From positions 248,001 to 312,000 of the forward strand of contig JAHLTZ010000029.1 of NCBI GenBank assembly GCA_025786725.1: a stretch of DNA of 64,000 nt, in the 5' to 3' direction. The first letter of the stretch is position 1. Every line of letters begins with the position of its first letter. Origin of the DNA: Syncephalis fuscata S228 (lineage: Eukaryota > Fungi > Zoopagomycota). This document shows, piece after piece, positions 1 through 13,285 of the stretch. The position numbers were made by a program, and so were the translations under genes. The notes below the pieces were generated by a model. That model ran no database searches, had not been told where the DNA came from, and worked only from the letters and a program-made list of their open reading frames with translations.

Positions 1-235
1 TGTCATGGTCGTTGTAGGCTTTAAGGCCAAGTGGTCAGCCTTTTTCCTTGTTATCTTCTTATCCATCTTCAACATTATCATCAACAACTGGTGGAGTTTC
101 GACAACGACCATCCACACTACGACTTTGTCAAATACGACTTTTTCCAAATCCTAAGCATTGTTGGCGGTCTTATATTGTTGGTCAACCAAGGACCAGGCA
201 GTCTATCGGTAGACGAGAAGAAGAAGCAGTTCTAA
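1..235 (+). CDS. ERV29: SURF4/Erv29 ER cargo receptor, 3' end (partial)
   Basis: Translation ...DFVKYDFFQILSIVGGLILLVNQGPGSLSVDEKKKQF* matches the SURF4 C-terminus and ends in a dilysine ER-retrieval motif. Confidence 0.93.
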   Translation, partial: VMVVVGFKAKWSAFFLVIFLSIFNIIINNWWSFDNDHPHYDFVKYDFFQILSIVGGLILLVNQGPGSLSVDEKKKQF

Positions 236-610
236 GTCTTTTTTCATACTAATTTCAATGCATTATTGAAATCGCATGATTTTGAGTTAATAAAAAGTGC
301 GTGTGTGTATGTGCGTATGGCTAATAATAACAATAATAGCAATAATACTTGATAGTAATTGGTACTAGTAATATTGTAATAGTATTTAATAATAATATTA
401 ATAATAATGGTAATAATGTAATAGTAGTTGTTGTAATTTATAACAACAGGGGTCTATAAACTGTATAGTTTTTGTTAAAATTTTATTTTATTTTTTCATA
501 CTACAAAATTGGCGCGTTGTTTGACGAACTGCCGCTGGTACCTTCTCTTTCTTATTCACTCCTGCTGCCACCGCTTGTTGTTGCGCAAGATTGACAGGAC
601 ATTTGTCGAC

Positions 611-2282
611 ATGACTTCGTAAGTATACAGTTGTATGGTTGATTAACAGTTGTATAGCAAGAGAGGACACTTTCGTCTCTGCTATAGGTGCGCGGCTCGT
701 CCGGCCAGTGAACAGTGTCCGTCATACTATATCTACAATTGTGTAGCAATAGTATGCGCAAACACTGTTTCCACCGCCTACTGCTTTGTAAAACAAAGCA
801 AGTAGTGAATCTCCATCGATCTGGTCAGATCATTGACAGTACCAATTGTCTATTGACTGATCGGGATTTGAGAATAGGATAGCAACGGCTAACGCCAAAT
901 GCATCCTTTTCTTTAAATAAATGCTTTTTGATCATCACTGTTGCAATTATAGTCTACTGGCTGTATGTTATGATTGCAACTAGTGGTGCATCTAAACTCC
1001 CGGATGCGCTGTATTAATTGCATGCGTGTATCTGGGGATATGTTGGTGCAAATTAGAGACAGCATGTACTGTCATCTTTTGCTTCAATGAAATGCATTCG
1101 TTCGGAAGGCCTACATCAATCTGTGGTGTTTATTTGCATATAAAGCAAATGATATACATCCAGCATACATGATTGTATGGCTACCGCCGACGTATTTGCC
1201 GCCACCAGCATTATGCTGCTGTGTGTGTGCGTTACCTGGCTTGCGTGTCTACCGTGTACTGAACTGTTATCTTTCTTTCTTATAGCACCACCACTGCTAC
1301 CATCAAGCAGGTCCTCGCCCCAGAGACCTTGCTCAAGAAGCGTCAGGTCAACGAGAAGACCCGCGCTGCCAAGGTTGCCGCCGCCGCTAAGAAGCGCATT
1401 GTAAGTAGTAATATCATGGATGATTTGTTGTATATTAGTAGAAGCATATAGCATATATAGCATTCAAACACATTGCAATGATGACATTCTTTTTCAGGAC
1501 GGCTAGCTACGGCGATGTTGCTCTGTTAACCATCTTTCGGGACTGAAGCAATGTGTTTATATGCTATATACTATATGCTATATACTTTACAACTATTAAT
1601 GCATAGCATTTATACTTGTTTAACACTCACTAACCAACTATAATTGCTTTTATAGGCTGCCCGCAAGGTCCGCAGCGATATCTTCAAGCGTGCCCAGCAA
1701 TACGTCAAGGAGTACCGCCAGAAGGAGCGTGAAGTCATCCGCCTTAAGCGTGTTGCTCGCACTGACTCCAACTACTATGTCCCAGCTGAGGCCAAGGTTG
1801 TCTTTGTCGTCCGCATCAAGGGTATCATGAAGATGGCCCCCAAGCCACGCAAGGTTCTCCAGCTTTTGCGTTTGCGCCAAATCAACAACGGTGTCTTCCT
1901 TCGCATGACCAAGGCCACCGCCAACATGCTCAAGTTGGTCGAGCCATACGTCACCTATGGCGAGCCAAACCTTAAGTCCGTTCGCGAATTGATCTACAAG
2001 CGCGGTCACGGTAAGGTCAACGGCCAACGCATTGCCATCACCGACAATCGTGTTGTTGAACAGACCCTCGGCTCCTCCAACATCATCTGTGTTGAAGATT
2101 TGATCCACGAGATCTTCACCTGCGGTCCAAACTTCAAGCAGGCCAACAACTTCTTGTGGCCATTCAAGCTCTCCAACCCAACTGGTGGATGGACTGCCAA
2201 GAAGGCCCGCCATTTCATCGAAGGTGGTGATGCCGGTAACCGTCAAGACCACATCAACGAGCTTATCCGCCGCATGAACTAA
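611..2282 (+). CDS. RPL7: 60S ribosomal protein L7 (uL30); exons 611-618, 1286-1400, 1656-2282
   Basis: ATGACTTC|gtaagt...tatag|CACC joins in frame to [22 protein letters not shown]. Exon 3 has [24 protein letters not shown] and [14 protein letters not shown]. Confidence 0.96.
650..1118 (+). ncRNA. Candidate structured RNA in RPL7 intron 1 (possible large H/ACA RNA or autoregulatory element)
   Basis: Consecutive hairpins at 653-686, 711-769, 778-805, 810-873, 936-985 and 1000-1035. H-box-like AGAATA at 871-876 and ACA at 1113-1115. Confidence 0.45.
1466..1558 (+). ncRNA. Intronic box C/D snoRNA, snR39b/SNORD2-like (predicted guide for the LSU rRNA G equivalent to yeast Gm805)
   Basis: Box C ATGATGA 1478-1484 and box D CTGA 1543-1546. 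An 11-bp terminal stem AAACACATTGC/GCAATGTGTTT closes it. Guide ACCATCTTTCGGG (1529-1541) is complementary to the conserved LSU sequence CCCGAAAGAUGGU. Confidence 0.88.
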
Positions 2283-2749
2283 GTTCATTGAGCATGTTGT
2301 GAATTTGATATAAATCGAATTAAACATTTATTCATTAAATTGTACACGTCTATTTATTAGTATTTAATTATTGTTATTATTATGTATTTGTGTAAAAATG
2401 AATTACAAAACATAATATAATACACATCAATCACAAATCAATACCATTATTTAATAAATACTAATACACTCATTATACTATTAATTACTATTATTGATCT
2501 ATGTCTATTAATAACACCATCGGCACTTTTAGTCATTTCTCTTTCCTTTTCACACTTTCATTATGGATCGACCATTTCATGGGCGACGACGATCTCCCTC
2601 CAGAGGTGATGACCACCACCATGAACACTATTATAACAAAATAACAGTAGAGGAGATAGTGGAGAAAGAAGAGGAATGAACGATTATCAATCCAGTACAA
2701 ATCACTATCGTTCAAATAATAGTCATAATAAACACATACGGGCAGCTCT

Positions 2750-5700
2750 ATGAACTACTCGTATAGAACACGTCGACCACCACCAGGGTCTTCACATTCT
2801 ACGTACAATAACCATAGCTATAGTCATAACAATGGCAGTAATAGCAATAGTAGATATGAGCCATCCAATGATTTATTTCATTATCGTAACCAAAATCGTC
2901 CATTAAATAGAAGGCGAGGTGATAGAAACATGTCACCACCACCATCTTCATCTAACAATAACAATAACAATAATAATAACAATAACAATATGGACCGTCG
3001 GCGATATACTTCTATTTACTCAAATCAACACCACCAGCATCAACATCACAATTACCAATCACATCATAACAACACCAACAACAACAGCAACAATAACAAC
3101 TATCAACAGCAACACCAGCCACATCAACAACACCAACCATATCCATATCATCGCCGTCGAGGTAGTGGCGGTATTTTAAGAAATAGATATGATCGACCAG
3201 GTCAAAGCCGTAGTAGAAGTCGTAGTAGAGGCCGTAGTCCTAGCCGTAGCCGTAGTAGAAGTGGTAGTCGTAGTAGAAGTAGTACCAGTCGTAGTAGAAG
3301 CCATAGTAAAAGCCATAGTAGAAGTCCAAGTATAAATAGCAGTTATGGCCGTAATAGTAGTCGTAGTCGTAGTCGTGATAGACAATATATACCCGATAAC
3401 CAACATCATTATCGTAGTCGTAGTCGTAGTCCTAGTATTAGTAGAAGTCGTAGTAGAAGTCGTAGTCGTCATCATAGTCGTAGTCGTAGTAGAAGTGTAG
3501 ATCGATTTATATCATCGCCCACTTCAAACTATCCACACAGATCTCATAGATATAATAACCACAGCCATAACCATAACCATCATTATCAACATCCACGTCA
3601 ACAGCATCAACCACACTATCAACAACAACAACAACAACAACAAACAACAATAACAACAATAACAACAATAGTAATCAACATCATAATAATCAACATCCGC
3701 CACCTTATCATCGAGGACATGGTCGATATAGAAGATTCTATGGATCTCATCACTATCCACCTATATCATCTACATCACCTACATCACCTCAATATCGTTC
3801 CTATGATACACCTTCATCTTATAGCCACCGTCATTATGATAACCGTAGATCTACGGGCTATTATAGATCATATCGAGATATGGATAGATCAACTACAGTG
3901 GATACACCAAACTATCATCGATCATGGCCTGAAGAGCAGGAGCGTGATCGAGGCGGACAGTCATATCATCATGAGAGGTCTTCACGACAACCATCCAATG
4001 ATGACTATGAAGCAAGAGGATTTGTAGATTATATACCTATACCACGATTAGATGACCCACCTTATCCAGTATTAAACAGAAGAAATGAAGAACTGGTGGA
4101 GGTAGAAGTAGATGATAGGCGTAGAAGAGAGGAACAGGAACAGGAACGGAAATGGATAGAGACACCGACATCACCGTCAACGTATCTACAATCTGAACCA
4201 TACAGAACATGGTCACATTCAATGGATAGTCAACATCAATCTCATATAGTGAATAGTAACAGTAACAGTAACAATAACAGTAACAGTAATCCTACTACAG
4301 CATTATCATTTACTAAAGAAGATAGAGATTATAAAGCGACTACTACTACTACAAGTACAAGTACAACAGCACAAGTACAGTCTATACTGTCCAACGAAGT
4401 GGAACAATCATCTAATATGAAATGGAAATCCATTGCCTCGTATGAATCATCAGATACACAAGCAATAGAGACAACTACATTGGATTCAGTAAATAAGTTA
4501 AACAGAGTTGATAAATCTAATCAACATATCATGCCTACAAATAACATTGCTACAACTACAACTACAGCTACTAGTAGTAGTACTTATGAACGTAAATCGC
4601 CTTCCTCCCCTATTTACAAGATTAATTATGGATCAGGATTGGAATTGTATGAACGATTAGGACAAGTAGGAGAAGGTACCTATGGGTAAGCAGATATGAA
4701 TAGTATATGAATAGCATATAAATATTAATAATATATAATTATAGTAAGGTATATAAGGCACGTAATCGTGAAACTGGTCAATTAGTAGCACTTAAACGTA
4801 TTAGAATGGAAACAGAAAGAGACGGGGTAAGTATTGGTATTAACAAATGAACTGAACTAACTAGTTACTAGTTTCCTATTACAGCAATGAGAGAAATGAA
4901 ATTACTACAAAGTATGTGGCATGCAAATGTAGTTCGGTTATATGAAGTAATGATATTAAAAGGTAAATACTACTACACTATTATTATTATTATTATTAGT
5001 TATAATACTGACTGTTTATTGATTGATTAATAGGATCGGTCTATTTGGTATTTGAGTATATGGATTATGATTTGGCCGGTGTTCAAGCCCATCCAATGAT
5101 TCAATGGCATGATACACATGTTAAATGTTTACTACAACAATTATTAAGTGGATTGGACTATCTTCATCAAAAGGGTATATTACACCGAGATATTAAAGGT
5201 AGCTATTTGATCATTAATTATCTAGTTAATGGATCTATTTATTAATGCGTGTAATTAGGATCCAATTTATTATTAAGTCGGAAGGGTGAATTGAAATTGA
5301 CCGATTTTGGATTAGCTCGATGGTATCGACCGGGTCAACCCATTGATTATACCAATAGAGTAGTGACCCTTTGGTATCGACCACCAGAATTATTACTAGG
5401 TGAAACGAAATACGGACCAGAAATTGATCTATGGGGAGCCGGGTAAGTTGAAGTCTATTTAATATTAATGTTGTTAATATTGTTTATAGATGTATATTAC
5501 TGGAACTATTGACGGGCAAGCCACCATTTCAAGGTCACGATGAAATATCACAACTTGAACAAATCTATCAAGTGATGGGTGTGCCAAATGTACAACAATG
5601 GCCAAAAGTAGTTGACTTGCCTTGGTATCATTTAATAAGGCCCAAAGAGGCATATACATCTATATTTCGTGATAGATATGCTAGGTAAGTGAAGATAGAT

Positions 5701-6246
5701 ATGATTAATGTTGATGACTAACGTTTATATTTATATTTATATTTATGTTGTAGTATATTGTCTCCAAGTACACTGGATCTAGCTGAACAACTATTGTCGA
5801 TGAATCCTATTAACAGACCCACGGCACAACAAGCGCTTAACCATTCATACTTTATGGAAATGCCATTACCTTGTCTGCCCCATGAGTAAGTATTTATTAT
5901 AGAATATTAGATTAGACTTGTATATTTAACCTATTCTATCTATAGACTACCCAAGATGGAAGGTGATTGGCATGAATTTGAGTCTAAACAACGACAAAAA
6001 CGACGACATCCATCATCATCTGTACCAATAGCAACAAATACGAATACGAATATAAATACAACTACAAATACAACATCAATAGCTAATCATGATAGTGGCC
6101 ATAGTAATAGTCATACTGATAGTGGTATTGGACATAAACGCCCACTTGATACAACAATGACTTTATTAAAGGATGAGCCAGAATTAAAAAGAACTGCCAT
6201 CCATGCTAATTCGTTATTATCATCATCACCAACTCGATTACCGTAA
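2750..6246 (+). CDS. CTK1: CTD kinase CTK1/CDK12-13-like with long N/H/Q- and RS-rich N-terminus; multi-exon; frame break near 3642
   Basis: [50 protein letters not shown] and [10 protein letters not shown] across GT-AG exons. Confidence 0.88.
2953..3680 (+). repeat. Coding low-complexity repeats (AAC/AAT, CGTAGT, CAA) in the CTK1 N-terminus
   Basis: Poly-Asn, (Arg-Ser)n and poly-Gln tracts are directly visible. Confidence 0.85.
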
Positions 6247-6306
6247 TCTGTAGGTATTCTATTTAAAATAAACTAAAAAGACTTGGCCTTTAAGGCATGT
6301 AATTTA

Positions 6307-9300
6307 TTAAACAATGGCCAATTGGTCATATAGCAATTTACGTAATTTAAAATAGTCCGACGAGAATGCTCCTTCGAGTATGAGTTGACCGGTAGCCGTC
6401 TATTATGCAATAAATAATAAACAGCATTATTATTTGTCATTATAGGTGTATTAGCGTTGTTTATAACTTACTTTACGAATGGCTACCCGATTATTGCATA
6501 CGAGTACACCATCGCCACGGAACTCTGCTTGCATACCTGGTTGATGTTGCAGTGCACGTTTTAATTCGGTTAATTTAGCATCACCGATTAAAGTGGCGGG
6601 TCGAGTATATTGGCGCTGTTGCTCAATAGGAATGGCTTGAAGTGTCGGTGTCGTTGAATCCAGTGTAAAGTGGACACGGGCTGTCAAATAAGCTACTGGC
6701 AATCATCACGCTAATCATATGTGTATTAATATGTGTATTAGTCGTAAAATGAAAAGAAATTACCTTTTTGAATTCTAAACTGTCAATTAATGTATCGGTC
6801 AATTTGACCTAATAGAAAGGAATAAATAAATAAATAGTTAATGCGTATTATATTATTAATTAATGTGCTAATGTAAATAATTACCTGATACATATTGGTG
6901 GCAGCAGATACGTTAAGTGTTTCGCCGATAGATGGAGCAAAAACGTCGTGTGTCATGCGTTCGTTGGCCAAACAAGTACGGGCCAAATCTTCTGTTGCTT
7001 CTTTTGTACCATGTACAACAATCTATTAAACAAATATTAGTATATGTTTTAATGATAGAGGATGGTGTAAAAGTACTTGCCAATTTACGTGGTGCTACTT
7101 GAGCAAGAATTGTTTTAATCGATCGACCATCAGCCAATCCTTCAAAGTCAATAAATTGTACCTTGCACTCAACGTTAATTAAACGTGAATCAACCAAATA
7201 TTTACACGGCTTTTCTGGTTTCTTTTCCTAAATAGTTATATATATATATATATGTGTGTGTGTATGTGCGTGTGTTTATGTATATATTATTCTACTATTT
7301 ACTAATAGTTATTCGTTTGTTACTTACGGTAGTTACAGCGGTGGCGGTAGCCGCACCAAAGTTTGGCTGATCTTTAAATGTACGACCCGCTGCTTGTTCC
7401 AGCTTTTCAATATCTTGCATATATTGATCTTGTTGAATCGTTTCACCATAATCGTCAAATCGACGTCGACGCTCAAAGAAGGGAAACATTGGAAATGATT
7501 GCGTTTGTTTAAAGAAACCGCCACTACGAACGCCATCACGTACATACAAATCATGCTCGGTATCTAGCATCGCTTGATGGCGTTCTGTTTCTCGATTAGA
7601 TCGATGACGGCCACGTCCGCCAATACCCGAGGCTATATCTTCCATATCTGTATCCATGGCATCTACGTCTTCTTCATCTTCAGAACCTGATGAATCCGAG
7701 GCAATACCACCTTCATCGAGTACATTTCGACTACGGGCAATAACTGCCGCTTCATGGGCTTCACGCTCTTGTTTGGCCCGTTCCTCTTCTTCGTAAATGC
7801 GTAACTCTTCTCCTTCTAGCGGTATTTTACTTTTTACCTAATAAATAAATAATTATTAATCAATTAGCTAATTACTCAATATGCATACATCGATGGTTAT
7901 GGTCAAATTCAAGTCTGTGGCTGCATGTACTGCATTATCTTTAACGGTAGCATAATGCGCAATCCATGCATCATGTAACTGACGTGTAATGGATTGTGGA
8001 TCACCACGTTCCGTAAGAATCACTGTATTATTAGACTGTGACGTCCAATCAATCCACAAATGACGTGAATATCCCGTGGCCATACTGGCACAAGTGGCCA
8101 ATACTACTTTAGGACCAGGATATTTGTCCAACTCCTCCTTATTATGTATTAGACGAATTGATCTACATTTTATTGATTATAAATATTTATAGGATATCGA
8201 TTCAGTGCAACACACTATCTACTCTACTACTTACCGGAAATCAAATGGATGTTCTCTAGACTGGTGGAATTGCTTAGCCGCTTGACCGCCCATCCATTCC
8301 GTCATACTCTTGGCATATTGAATGGCATAGTAGCTTGTATGGCCTAAAAGTAATAGAGGTGTTTTTATCTTTTGAAATGTCCAATGTTGATCGAGTAAAT
8401 AGGCCAATTCAAGAATACGTAGCGATGCATCCACAGGAATTAACACACTACCACCTGCTTCCACTGTAGCCGTCACCGTATCTATCAAATATACTGTAAG
8501 ATCTATTAATGGCAACATTGTTCATAACACTTACCAAATAGTGCTGAATCTCTCTGTTTTCTAGGTGGCTGTATGGATAACGCATTAAATGCATCGGTAA
8601 TAAGGATTGACGGTCGAGTCAATGCCTCTAAAACAACACCATTGGCATGTAATACCGTACCATTTAAATGTCTAATAAATACATGAATCTATATAACAGC
8701 ATAATCTATATAGTAGCTTACCTTTCTTTCTTATGATTGTAGTCAACAGCATAAACAATCTCTTCGTTGTTTTTATGAATCTTCCATAATGCACCACCAA
8801 TAGTATGACCAGCCATATAGGCCACCGCAGTAATACCGGCACATTTACCACCTAGCTGTACAGGCTGTGAGTGCTTTAATGTAATCATACGATTAAAGGC
8901 ATTTTCAATGTCATCAATGCTAAACAGTTTAAAATCCTCTTCTTCTTTATGAGATTGAAATGCATCACGTAGTTCTAATCGACCCATATATTGCACGGGC
9001 AGTGTTGCATATACTGGACAAGTAAGACCCAAATGAGCTAGTGCATATGGATACGCACCAAGATGACGAATATCTGCGTGTGATAATAGTACAGCATCGA
9101 CACGCGGTGCAACACTAATAACCAATTATCTGTCAGTATTATGCTTATTAAAATGGCTCAGAAGTAGTAAATGGTAAAATAAAGACGCTGTCAATTCAAT
9201 AATACACGAATTTGCTTACCGTTTCAGCGGTTCTAGATCTTGCACGTCAAATGAATCAAGCCATCCACAATCAAGTAAGATCTTGGCATTATCGATTTCC

Positions 9301-9368
9301 AACAAGTAGCATAGGCCACGCTCGTTCAAGGCACCCGACAACGGCGTGAACTTTATGTAACTGGCCAT
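6307..9368 (-). CDS. CPSF2: Cleavage and polyadenylation specificity factor subunit 2 (CPSF100/Cft2), multi-exon
   Basis: [69 protein letters not shown] and [12 protein letters not shown]. Confidence 0.93.
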
Positions 9369-9776
9369 GATCTAGCTAAGTCAAGCCTATTATTATTATT
9401 ATTATGAAAGTGTGGAGCAATAGATTAAACCATATGCATGAATTAATCTACTCATATGCACTTTCTACATATTTGCTCACGTGATTTTATCACCTAATCG
9501 ATGATGGTAATACGGTATAGTTTTTATTGAAAAATAATACTATGCTACATCTATTCATTAAATAGAAAAGATATTAATAGATAGAGAGAAAGAGAGAGAG
9601 AAAGGAAACATGCATGTTGATTCAATGGCGTTGTAGGAGGCAAATGACATCATTGACTATTTATTAAATATAGCCGCTAAGTTTATTGGCTAATTTTGAC
9701 AATTGAAAGACTGGCCAAACACTATCTGACAAAGCTGTGTATCAGTGTTGACTAGGAGCGAATGAAATAAAAGATT

Positions 9777-10340
9777 CGGACCGAAACCCGCCATGGTCTG
9801 CCCATGTCGGAGTGACTAAACAAGTACATCGACTGCGCAATAGGTGATGCTGTCGAATTAGCCATTACTATTTGCTCCGTTCTATAAAAGCCGCGCCATC
9901 ACGGTCCGTTAAAAGACTCGGTCCGACCTTTAGTAATTATTATTATTGTTATTATTGTTAATCTACTATCATTATTTGCAGTATTATTTAATAAAACAGT
10001 GTATTATTAGCTATAAAGCCATTCACAATTGGCTAACAAATAAATCATCCGGACCGATTCCTTAAATGCAGCTTTGTGACCAATTCCTGCCAGATACTTC
10101 TGTATCTATCCTATGGCGTAACTCTACCCAATAAACAACATCAACCACTATACATCTCATCTATTCCAAGTGTGAAATAAAGTGACTGTCATTATAAGTA
10201 TTCACTAGTTTGTAAATAGATGTTTAATTAAGAGTAACAGTGATGTCAAATGCATTATGCTACTATTACATTCTAATAACTGTAAAATTCGGTGCCAAGT
10301 TGCCCCGAAAAGCCATTGTGTTCCAACAATGGACGGGCCG
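9777..10340. promoter_or_regulatory. Cluster of five CGG-N-CCG inverted motifs in the CPSF2/LONRF divergent intergenic region
   Basis: CGGACCG 9777, CGGTCCG 9902, CGGTCCG 9919, CGGACCG 10050 and CGGGCCG 10334, all in AT-rich DNA. Confidence 0.4.
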
Positions 10341-11085
10341 AACTCTGCATCATCCAAACACTAGATGATTCCACTTTAAACGGTATATAAATGGATTTAC
10401 TAGTTTACAATGATTACCATACCTCTACACGCCGTCACAGTCCTGCACCATTCTGTCTACTCTACTCCATTCGTAGCTTTATACTTCTTTGTTAATAAAG
10501 CACTATTATCAAGATACTATTGTTAACACTCCATTCCACGTATACTAGCCAGTGCTGGTATACCACCACTTTTCTGATACACTAGTTTTATTTATTGGTA
10601 AGTCAGTAGTTACTTGGCTGTACCAAAGTGTGCACCCACCCATATAATACACACTAAAGTATAAAGGTATCTTCTCACCTTGTGTGTGTGTGTGTGTGTG
10701 TGCAGATAGTTGCGTATAAATGGATTATATCAATAAGCACATTAACTGATCATACTTTGATACTGTTTTTCCTTTTATCCGCTTCTTACTTATTCGCTCT
10801 TTATTTCTACTACTCTCTATTACTATTTCTATTACTATTACCATTTCTAATATGCCGTCACTGAATGGCGACGTTTGACATTCGTAATAGATATCTATCA
10901 AGAATTCCTATTTCTGCTTTCAACACATCCATCTATAGTCGAGTCCATTGTGTCTACGGCCAATATAAGCTACAAGTAGCGTGAACGACTGTGTGTGCGT
11001 GCGTGTGCGGCAGTGGCCCTTTGAAACAAGTTGCTTTCTTTTTTCTTGGTTTATATACATAAATATATATCTAGTGTTCAGTGCC

Positions 11086-13285
11086 ATGCCTCATCGATTC
11101 TTGGAACACTTTTTGCGGCGTAATGGCGTCACGGGCAGTAATGGTAATGGACTGTCGCTATCCACCAACACTGCCTTTTCAGAAACCAATAATAATCAGA
11201 GTAGCAACAGCAGCAACAGTGTAGCCGGTAGTGGTAATGGCGACAATCTACGACGTGGCTCCTCCGAGAATAGGAGTCGTACTAGCAGGTGTTTAGGCAA
11301 TCTGTTTACACGTATATCCACTATACGGCGAAGTAATCTAGCAGATATACCATCAGGACATGATAAATTACTATTTCGGCTAGTCGATTTGTTACCGGGA
11401 ACTGCCTGGTTACAGTGTCGTCATTGTAATACACTGTTAAGAGATCCGGTTGCGGTATTTTATTCAAATGTGTCGATTGAGCAACAAATGAAGAAAGATA
11501 AAATAAGAAAGTCAAGAAAACAAGAGCCAGATCATCAACGAGGTACAACACTGTTTAGATGTGATGGATGGGAGGCATTAGGTAACGATGAAAAGATAGA
11601 ACAGTGCTATCAAGAAGAAGATATTGGCAATGGAGAAGGATGTCGTGTATTGTCTGGATTGTTGCGGCCTTATTGTCGATCTTGTGCTATGAATGCATCG
11701 ATAAATCCTAATGCTACAATATCTGAAGATCGAGCGGCTCTATCATGGGTAGGCCGTGTTATTGATGTATCATTATTGCGTGTCATAGATCATGTTAATA
11801 TAATGGCGGTGGAAATTAATCGAACAGCAGAAGAACAAGAAATTGAAGTAGATGAAGCTGTAACATCGTCATCAGCAACTGCCACAGCTGCCACAATGGC
11901 ATTAAATGAAGCGGCATTAACTGCCATTGCCGAGTGTTTTAGACCACGTTTATTAGAAGATTTACAGTGTGACATTTGTAGAAATCTATTACATCGACCA
12001 ATTATGACACCTTGTGGACATACATTCTGTCGTAGCTGTTTAGAGCGGGCACATGATCATAGTCAAATTTGTCCTACTTGTCGACGCCCTCTTCCCAGTC
12101 CAGTTGTCTTGTTTACTCAAGGCAAACATCATTTGTTGGCGGCCTTGGTTCGTTTATGGTTTCCACGTGAATCAAAAGAGCGTGGTGAAATGGCGCTTAA
12201 GGATGAGCCAACCGGTCATTTTGTTAATTACAATTTTCATGTACATGGTGCATTGATTCCTATATTTGTTTGTGCACTTGTGTTCCCCGGTATGCCGTGT
12301 TATTTGCACATATTTGAACCACGCTATCGGTTGCTTATTCGCCGATGCTGGATGGGGTCGCGTCGATTTGGTATGGTGTGCAGTTGGCCACCTGTACCAG
12401 AAGGTGAGGCGCCGCCATCGGACCGTCCACTCTATCGGGATTATGGCACGATGTTGTGGATAGAGCGTGTGCGCTTTCTACCCGATGGACGAATGGTCGT
12501 GCTGACTCGGGCCGAGCGCTATTTCCGCGTGATGCGTATTGAGCCACAGTTGGACGGCTACAACATGGCTAGTGTCATGTGGGTTGATGACGCGGATATA
12601 CCACAACGGTTCGGTCTCATTAACATGCAAGAGCGAGAACATGATGAGATTGTATTAGCCCATTCAGCCATCGAGGAAACGGATGGTCAAGCTAGTCCTT
12701 GTGACAATGATGATATGGAAGTGGATGGTCTATTAGAAACTGATGAAGATTTAAATACTGTGTTGAGTAGTCGACAGGTATCATCATCGGGTACACGTAG
12801 TGAGCTGGCCAACTCGAATGCATCACCGTCTAATGATGCAACTGCAGTTGCTTTAGGTGCTAGTTTATTGGCTGCTGCAGCAACTGTAAGTAATACGAAT
12901 ACTTATCCTAATTCTACGTCTCCTGTCTCCTGCCACTGCCACGGTCATTTCTTCCTCGCCCTCCTATCATCCTTCTTTTGTACTTGATCCTAATTTATTA
13001 GTACTTAGCCAGCTAATTTATACCCGTATGATGGAGTACCGTCAACAAATAACCAATACACAGCTGCAACAAATCGATCACGTTTACGGCACAATGCCCG
13101 ATAACAATGCACAAGCACTTAGCTTTTGGGCCGCGAGTGTCGTTCCTATAGACAAACACATTCGGTATAAGGCGCTATTAGTAGGCTCGGTGCATAATCG
13201 TCTTCTTCTTATTTCGGAATGGCTCGATGCACTAGATCGCATGCATCAGAATTGGTGGCGGGCCAGTGGTTGTGCCGTTATGTAA
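11086..13285 (+). CDS. LON peptidase N-terminal domain and RING finger protein (LONRF-like E3)
   Basis: C3HC4 RING CDICRNLLHRPIMTPCGHTFCRSC..CPTCR, LON-N motif IPIFVCALVFPGMPCYLHIFEPRYRLLIRR and C-terminal LSFWAASVVP. The last part is reached via an intron (12886-13011) or a frame break. Confidence 0.88.

Noticed and set aside
619-1285. RPL7 intron 1 as snR30/U17, RNase P/MRP or telomerase RNA
   Set aside because: The snR30 m1/m2 motifs, the P/MRP CR-I and CR-V motifs and a CUAACCCU template were not found.
1177-1404. [14 protein letters not shown]... as the RPL7 start
   Set aside because: It is in the wrong frame relative to the L7 sequence. The real start is ATGACTTC|gtaagt at 611, which has the correct phase.
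1650-2327. 225-aa antisense ORF over RPL7, and similar shadow ORFs over PEP4, the 25045 gene and PIK1
   Set aside because: By-product of strong codon bias on the sense strand; no independent coding signal.
2919-3760. Alternative-frame poly-Thr/Ile/Leu ORFs (also 36587-36778 and 57777-58665)
   Set aside because: Translations of microsatellites or low-complexity UTR.
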